This document shows, in pieces, positions 33,213-37,084 of a stretch of 37,084 nt of DNA. Origin of the DNA: a virus (Duplodnaviria; Caudoviricetes); the IMG/VR virus record IMGVR_UViG_3300027719_000263, positions 1 through 37,084 of that record, one strand, 5' to 3'. Made by a program: the position numbers and the translations under genes. Position 1 is the first letter of the stretch. Every line of letters begins with the position of its first letter. The notes under the pieces were generated by a model. The model was not told the DNA's origin. It worked only from the letters and a program-made list of their open reading frames with translations, and did not search any database.

Positions 33213-33988
33213 ATTGAACTCGCTTTCGATTCTTCCCAAATGCGCAAGCCCGCAACTGCGGTTTCCGCGCTTGGAAGCGATTTTACGAAGTCTCGGATTT
33301 TCTGTTCGCTCGGAACAAACAATTCGGGATGCGCCCCAAAAAGTTTGTTTTCGTCGATAATTTCAAACTTGCGCGTTGTCATAACGCGCGTCCCCGCGAC
33401 CTTGGCAGATGTTGGAACATAAATAGGAACGACTACTTTGGGCGCGGCGGCAGCCTCTTGCGCGGCCTTTTCGGCGTCAAGCTTGCGCCGCAAGGCCTCC
33501 GCGTCGGCGGGATTGGTCTTTAAGGCCTCATCTGCCTTACGCTTTTCTTCGTCAAGCTTGCGTTGACGTTCCTCTTCCTCGCGGCGTATGCGCTCTTGCT
33601 CTTCGCGTTGCTTACGCTCTTCCTCACGGCGCAAACGCTCCTGATCTGCAACATAGCCGCCAATGGCGCGTGAAAGTCGGTCTTTTTCAACCGACAACTC
33701 GCCGACATAATTTTTCGCAACGTCATCAATGCGCTTTCCAAGTTCAAGCACGGGCGCTTTAACCTCTTTACGAGACGTCTCTATGCTGGCCAAGAGCGTA
33801 GAGATTTCGCGCAACGCCCCCGCAGCAGCTTCATGCGATGCAAAATCAGACACCGCCTTTATTGCGGCAGACTTGCCGAGAAGTTCAAACTTAAGGTCGA
33901 ACGCGTCTTGCGTAAGATTGATTTCCGCCCCCTTTAAACTTGTAAGTGTAAGGAGTTCTTTCTTCTTATTGTCTTTATCGTCGCTCAT
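33209..33988 (-). CDS. Coiled-coil phage protein of the recombination module
   Basis: IE..RKEVKAPVL..GK.ID and a long E/R/K coil, C-terminal AGLRIWEE; start MSDDK at 33988; follows RecT. Confidence 0.75.
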   Translation of the reverse strand: MSDDKDNKKKELLTLTSLKGAEINLTQDAFDLKFELLGKSAAIKAVSDFASHEAAAGALREISTLLASIETSRKEVKAPVLELGKRIDDVAKNYVGELSVEKDRLSRAIGGYVADQERLRREEERKQREEQERIRREEEERQRKLDEEKRKADEALKTNPADAEALRRKLDAEKAAQEAAAAPKVVVPIYVPTSAKVAGTRVMTTRKFEIIDENKLFGAHPELFVPSEQKIRDFVKSLPSAETAVAGLRIWEESKASSI

Positions 33989-33989
33989 A

Positions 33990-34931
33990 TTACGCCTGCT
34001 CCTTTCCGATAAACGCCTTGACGGTGTCCCAGGCGTTGAGCATCTTATTAACCGCAAACTCGTCCAGCTTGCCGTTGGCCAAGAGTCCGTTTTTCTTCGC
34101 GTAGCTTAAGAGCTGCTTGCTCGTCAATCCCTCAGCGTCAAGCGCGTGCAAGAGCTTTTGCTTTGGCGTTTGCTCGGGCTCTTCAAAGCCGTCGCCGTCT
34201 TCTGCGGGCGCATCCTCTTTGGGTTTTTCTTGCGTGGCCGCCTTTCCGACCACGGGCGTTTCTGCGGGCTTCGGGGTTTCATCCACCACCTCTGAGACTT
34301 CGGCAACCTGCGCCTCGGGCGTTTTTTTGGGTTTGCCAAACAACTTCGGCTTTGCGGGCTCGGTATTAACAACCTCAAAATCCGCGTCCATAACTTCTTC
34401 GCGGCTAAGCATACCTTTCAGCACGTCAGGGAATACATCGCGCAGCACAAAAGCGCGCGCGCGGTATTTAAGCATACGTTTCGGGTTTGTAGTCCATGGA
34501 CCTTGCTTACCCCAAAGCCCTGCGCGCTTTGCGTCATCGACCGTATAGGTTTCCGAAATCGGATGAGGGTCTCCGACGCGCTGAACACTTACCATCCAGC
34601 CGTAATCGTCTTTGCCCCAAGAGCCGACCTCTTTTGAGTCAATTTCCTTTAAGAGCCCAGATGCGCGGACAAGCGCAAGCTGTGCGTCGCCCCAAATTGA
34701 AGGGCGTCCGTTGACTGATGCAATGTTTTGGACGGATGCCATGGGGGGCAATCCGAGCTCCAAACCCATCTCCACGACGATAAACACCGTCGCTTGTTTC
34801 TCCATGCCCTTCGGCGCAATGCCCGAATCTATAACCGCACCCGCAAACCTCCACAATTCGTCCATTGTAGTTAGATTCAGGCCGTTTTTATTGAGAGTAA
34901 TTTGTGTTTTTTGTGCTACTATTTCTGACAT
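33990..34931 (-). CDS. recT: RecT-like ssDNA annealing recombinase
   Basis: G.ELGLPPM.SVQNI..VNGRPSIWG, A..AGLWGK.GPW...P.RML..RA....LRD.FPDVL.G; acidic C-terminal tail. Confidence 0.85.
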   Translation of the reverse strand: MSEIVAQKTQITLNKNGLNLTTMDELWRFAGAVIDSGIAPKGMEKQATVFIVVEMGLELGLPPMASVQNIASVNGRPSIWGDAQLALVRASGLLKEIDSKEVGSWGKDDYGWMVSVQRVGDPHPISETYTVDDAKRAGLWGKQGPWTTNPKRMLKYRARAFVLRDVFPDVLKGMLSREEVMDADFEVVNTEPAKPKLFGKPKKTPEAQVAEVSEVVDETPKPAETPVVGKAATQEKPKEDAPAEDGDGFEEPEQTPKQKLLHALDAEGLTSKQLLSYAKKNGLLANGKLDEFAVNKMLNAWDTVKAFIGKEQA

Positions 34932-34942
34932 AACTTTATTCC

Positions 34943-35527
34943 TTACTTAGAGTTTTTTTCATCTGCGGCCGCCTGAGGTTGCGGCAACGCCTTTATGCTG
35001 TTCTTGATAACCTCAATGCAATTTGTGCTTATAAACACGCCCTTTGTGGGCACGGTAATGTCGCCAGCGCTCTTTGAGTAGCGCAGCTCCATTTTATTGT
35101 AATCTTCGTTTTTGGCGTCGGCCGATACGGCTGTTGAATTTATAACCGCGCCCCTGTTTATCTCGGCGCCTATCTGCGAAAGCGTCCTTTCGATAACAGC
35201 GCGGGTAGATTTTTCGACACGGTCAACAATAGCCTTTGTGCGCTCATCTTTCTTTAGGCCTTCTTTGTATTTACGCACGGCAGTTGATACCAGGCGGCTC
35301 ATACCGGAACTCAATGTTTCCTTTTGCTTTTCGGTAAGCTCCAAATCCGTTTCCATGAAAGACGCCTCTATTAGAGCAACCGCCATAGATGCCGAAATAT
35401 CATCAGCAATGTCTTTCCAAAAATTGAGGTCTATAACCTCGCAAAAAATTTCTTGCGTTGCCTTAGACGCCACTTCGTCGATAATGGGCTCCACGCAATT
35501 CTGAACAATGTTTGGCTCTTCGTTCAT
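34943..35527 (-). CDS. Hypothetical protein
   Basis: 194-aa ORF with a GGAA-containing leader, in the operon. Confidence 0.7.
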   Translation of the reverse strand: MNEEPNIVQNCVEPIIDEVASKATQEIFCEVIDLNFWKDIADDISASMAVALIEASFMETDLELTEKQKETLSSGMSRLVSTAVRKYKEGLKKDERTKAIVDRVEKSTRAVIERTLSQIGAEINRGAVINSTAVSADAKNEDYNKMELRYSKSAGDITVPTKGVFISTNCIEVIKNSIKALPQPQAAADEKNSK

Positions 35528-35550
35528 ATTATTCCGTTCTTTCCTTTTGT

Positions 35551-35913
35551 TTACTCTCCCCCCTTGCAGGCCTCTACAAGAAGAGCACCTAAGTCCGTCC
35601 GATGCTTTTTATGTTTTTCGGGGTTGGCGTTAATTTCTTCTAGATGCGCACGAGCGCGCGCATAGGCGTCTTCAAGTGTTGCAAAAACGACAGCTTCTGG
35701 GTAAAAGCCATCAGCGCACCCCTCGACCGCATATCCCTCAAATGACACACCTGAATCCTTTGCCGAGTAGCCCAAACCGACCACTTTGCGAACAAGGATT
35801 TTGGCATCAGAGCCGTCGCGCGCACTTGAAGCGTGCACAAAAACCATATCTCCGATTTTGAACTTCGGCTCTGTTGTTATCGTGTTTGATGTTTTGTTAT
35901 TTCCGTCTGACAT
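35551..35913 (-). CDS. Hypothetical protein (KFKIGD.V SH3-like start)
   Basis: 120 aa; A-rich leader with AGGA. Confidence 0.7.
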   Translation of the reverse strand: MSDGNNKTSNTITTEPKFKIGDMVFVHASSARDGSDAKILVRKVVGLGYSAKDSGVSFEGYAVEGCADGFYPEAVVFATLEDAYARARAHLEEINANPEKHKKHRTDLGALLVEACKGGE

Positions 35914-35933
35914 ATTATTCCTATTTTGATTTT

Positions 35934-36107
35934 TTATTTTGTTGTTTGTTTCTTCGGGGCGGTCGCTATAACCGCCCGCCTGAAATTTGAAATTGCAGTA
36001 TCGGCTTGCCGCCTATGCGCGCGCTTCAGGTGATATTTTTCAAGCAAGGCGCAAACTTCTTCTGCGGCAAAATACACCTTGTCGAACTGCTCTTTTGTGA
36101 TGTTCAT
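35934..36107 (-). CDS. Small hypothetical protein (57 aa, below the ORF-track cutoff)
   Basis: MNITKEQFDKVYFAAEEVCALLEKYH...; ATG 7 nt after the upstream stop, fills a gap. Confidence 0.4.
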   Translation of the reverse strand: MNITKEQFDKVYFAAEEVCALLEKYHLKRAHRRQADTAISNFRRAVIATAPKKQTTK

Positions 36108-36114
36108 AAGCGCC

Positions 36115-36279
36115 TTATTTGGTAAGCTCCAAGCCCATCATCACAAATACGGCCAAACACAAGGCCAGTGCGCACACACAGAAAAATAAAAGCGCGACTG
36201 TTTCAAACAGCTCAATGCGCCTGCGTTGCGCCCAGCGGCGGCGCTCCTCCCGTAATTCCCTGCCGTATTCGTAATTCAT
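36115..36279 (-). CDS. Small single-TM membrane protein
   Basis: Start reassigned to MNYEYG (AAGGA upstream); basic N-terminus then a long hydrophobic segment. Confidence 0.6.
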   Translation of the reverse strand: MNYEYGRELREERRRWAQRRRIELFETVALLFFCVCALALCLAVFVMMGLELTK

Positions 36280-36310
36280 ATTATTCCTTTGTTGGTTTAA
36301 ATTCCCTCGC

Positions 36311-36517
36311 CTACTCCTCAGACTTTTCTCTGCAACTATCGCAAATTCCGTCCTCAAGCGGATTGTCAAATTCTCGCCCGCATTCATCACAGACCCAGTA
36401 ATCAACACCTTCTTCGCGGATATATCCTGTGCCGCCACAGTCAGGGCATTTATGCGGAGGATACGAACCACTTCCGCTTACCGTGCCATCAATGCAATAT
36501 GGGCAACGCTCAGACAT
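36311..36517 (-). CDS. Small zinc-finger protein (DnaJ-type CxxCxGxG plus further CxxC pairs)
   Basis: CPYCIDG, CPDCGGTG, CDECG, CDSC. Confidence 0.7.
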   Translation of the reverse strand: MSERCPYCIDGTVSGSGSYPPHKCPDCGGTGYIREEGVDYWVCDECGREFDNPLEDGICDSCREKSEE

Positions 36518-36573
36518 TTAAGGCCTCCGCCTTCTTAAGCGGACACTCGGGGCAAAGTTCCCACGCAATCTGC

Positions 36574-36825
36574 TTATCTTTGTCCATAGAAAGCCTCCGC
36601 AGTTTCCCTGCCCTTTCTTATGGCTTCGGCGGTATTAGCTTCGTCGGCCTGCATCGCCTTATCCAATTCGCTGATGCGATAGAGCGTTTGCCTACCGCGC
36701 TTTGTAAAAGGCATCCTGTGTCTATCGCGCCACGCTTTAAATTTGCTCCAAGCGCTTTCCCCGACATACCGCATGGCTTCCCTCTGCGTGACGCGCTCTT
36801 TCCTAAGTTTCGCAAGCGTCGCCAT
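36574..36825 (-). CDS. Excisionase-like winged HTH DNA-binding protein
   Basis: T..EA..Y.G.S......W......P..K.G...LY..SELD pattern; AAGGAG SD. Confidence 0.75.
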   Translation of the reverse strand: MATLAKLRKERVTQREAMRYVGESAWSKFKAWRDRHRMPFTKRGRQTLYRISELDKAMQADEANTAEAIRKGRETAEAFYGQR

Positions 36826-36829
36826 GATA

Positions 36830-37003
36830 TTACGCTCCTTTCTTCGCGACTTCTATTTCGCGCAGAAGCAAATCTTCGATAAAGCGCGAAAGGCTTTTGT
36901 TTTGCGCGAAAGCAAGCTTTGCAACGCTGTCTTTAATGCGCGGATTAAGGGTTAAGTTAGTAGCTCTGCGAACTATCGTTTTCTTGGGTTGTCCTCTTTT
37001 CAT
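36830..37003 (-). CDS. Ribbon-helix-helix transcriptional regulator (Arc/CopG-like), first gene of the early operon
   Basis: Start reassigned to MKRGQ at 37003; TNLTL beta strand, helix, then SLSRFIEDLL helix. Confidence 0.75.
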   Translation of the reverse strand: MKRGQPKKTIVRRATNLTLNPRIKDSVAKLAFAQNKSLSRFIEDLLLREIEVAKKGA

Positions 37004-37079
37004 GGCGCATACAATGCGCAATGATGGCGCATTATGCAAGCACAATTTTGCTTGCTCATTAAATATGCGCACGTTTAAT
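37002..37079. promoter_or_regulatory. Putative divergent promoter/operator (lysis-lysogeny switch) region
   Basis: Leftward TTGCAT-N17-CATTGT ending 7 nt before ATG 37003; rightward TTGCTC-N16-TTTAAT; phased GCGCA boxes and dyads. Confidence 0.5.
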
Positions 37080-37084
37080 AACAT

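Larger units (their letters stand above)
1..37084 (-). mobile_element. Podovirus-type bacteriophage/prophage (T7/BPP-1-like morphogenesis module, lambdoid-type early replication/recombination module)
   Basis: Contiguous, co-oriented, often overlapping phage genes: terminase, portal, scaffold, capsid, tail tube proteins, ejection proteins, tail fibre, RecT, initiator/DnaC. No host housekeeping genes. No att sites or integrase in the window, so prophage status is inferred. Confidence 0.93.

Noticed and set aside
35957-35977. GGGCGGT/ACCGCCC hairpin as a terminator
   Set aside because: Followed by an A-rich rather than U-rich tract on the coding strand, and lies within a possible small ORF.
36510-36587. 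25-aa ORF MDKDKQIAWELCPECPLKKAEALNV bridging two early genes
   Set aside because: Plausible gap filler but too short to support from sequence alone.

Overview
The whole window is one block of a tailed bacteriophage, most likely a temperate podovirus or prophage, with essentially all genes on the minus strand (read right to left). Early region (37084-27021): a putative genetic switch with a ribbon-helix-helix regulator and an excisionase-like HTH, RecT, a Cas4-like/DUF2800 nuclease, DUF1643, a C5 cytosine methyltransferase with an overlapping alternative-frame ORF, an ASCH protein, a DUF1064 nuclease, and a lambda-style initiator (with internal iterons) plus DnaC-like loader. Late region (26938-1): terS, terL, portal, scaffold, capsid, nozzle, three ejection proteins (one a 2785-aa polyvalent protein), tail fibre, two candidate lysis membrane proteins, a polysaccharide pyruvyltransferase, a GT8 glycosyltransferase and a displaced tail adaptor gene. 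The most striking signal is a candidate minimal late-transcription system. A 103-aa T4 gp55-like sigma factor gene sits at the early/late boundary, and an exact 10-mer, GTGTATATAG, occurs four times on the coding strand in front of late modules; three copies lie in terminator-promoter-ATG cassettes. No integrase, repressor or endolysin is visible and they may lie beyond the window. All family calls come from motif recognition by eye, not database searches.
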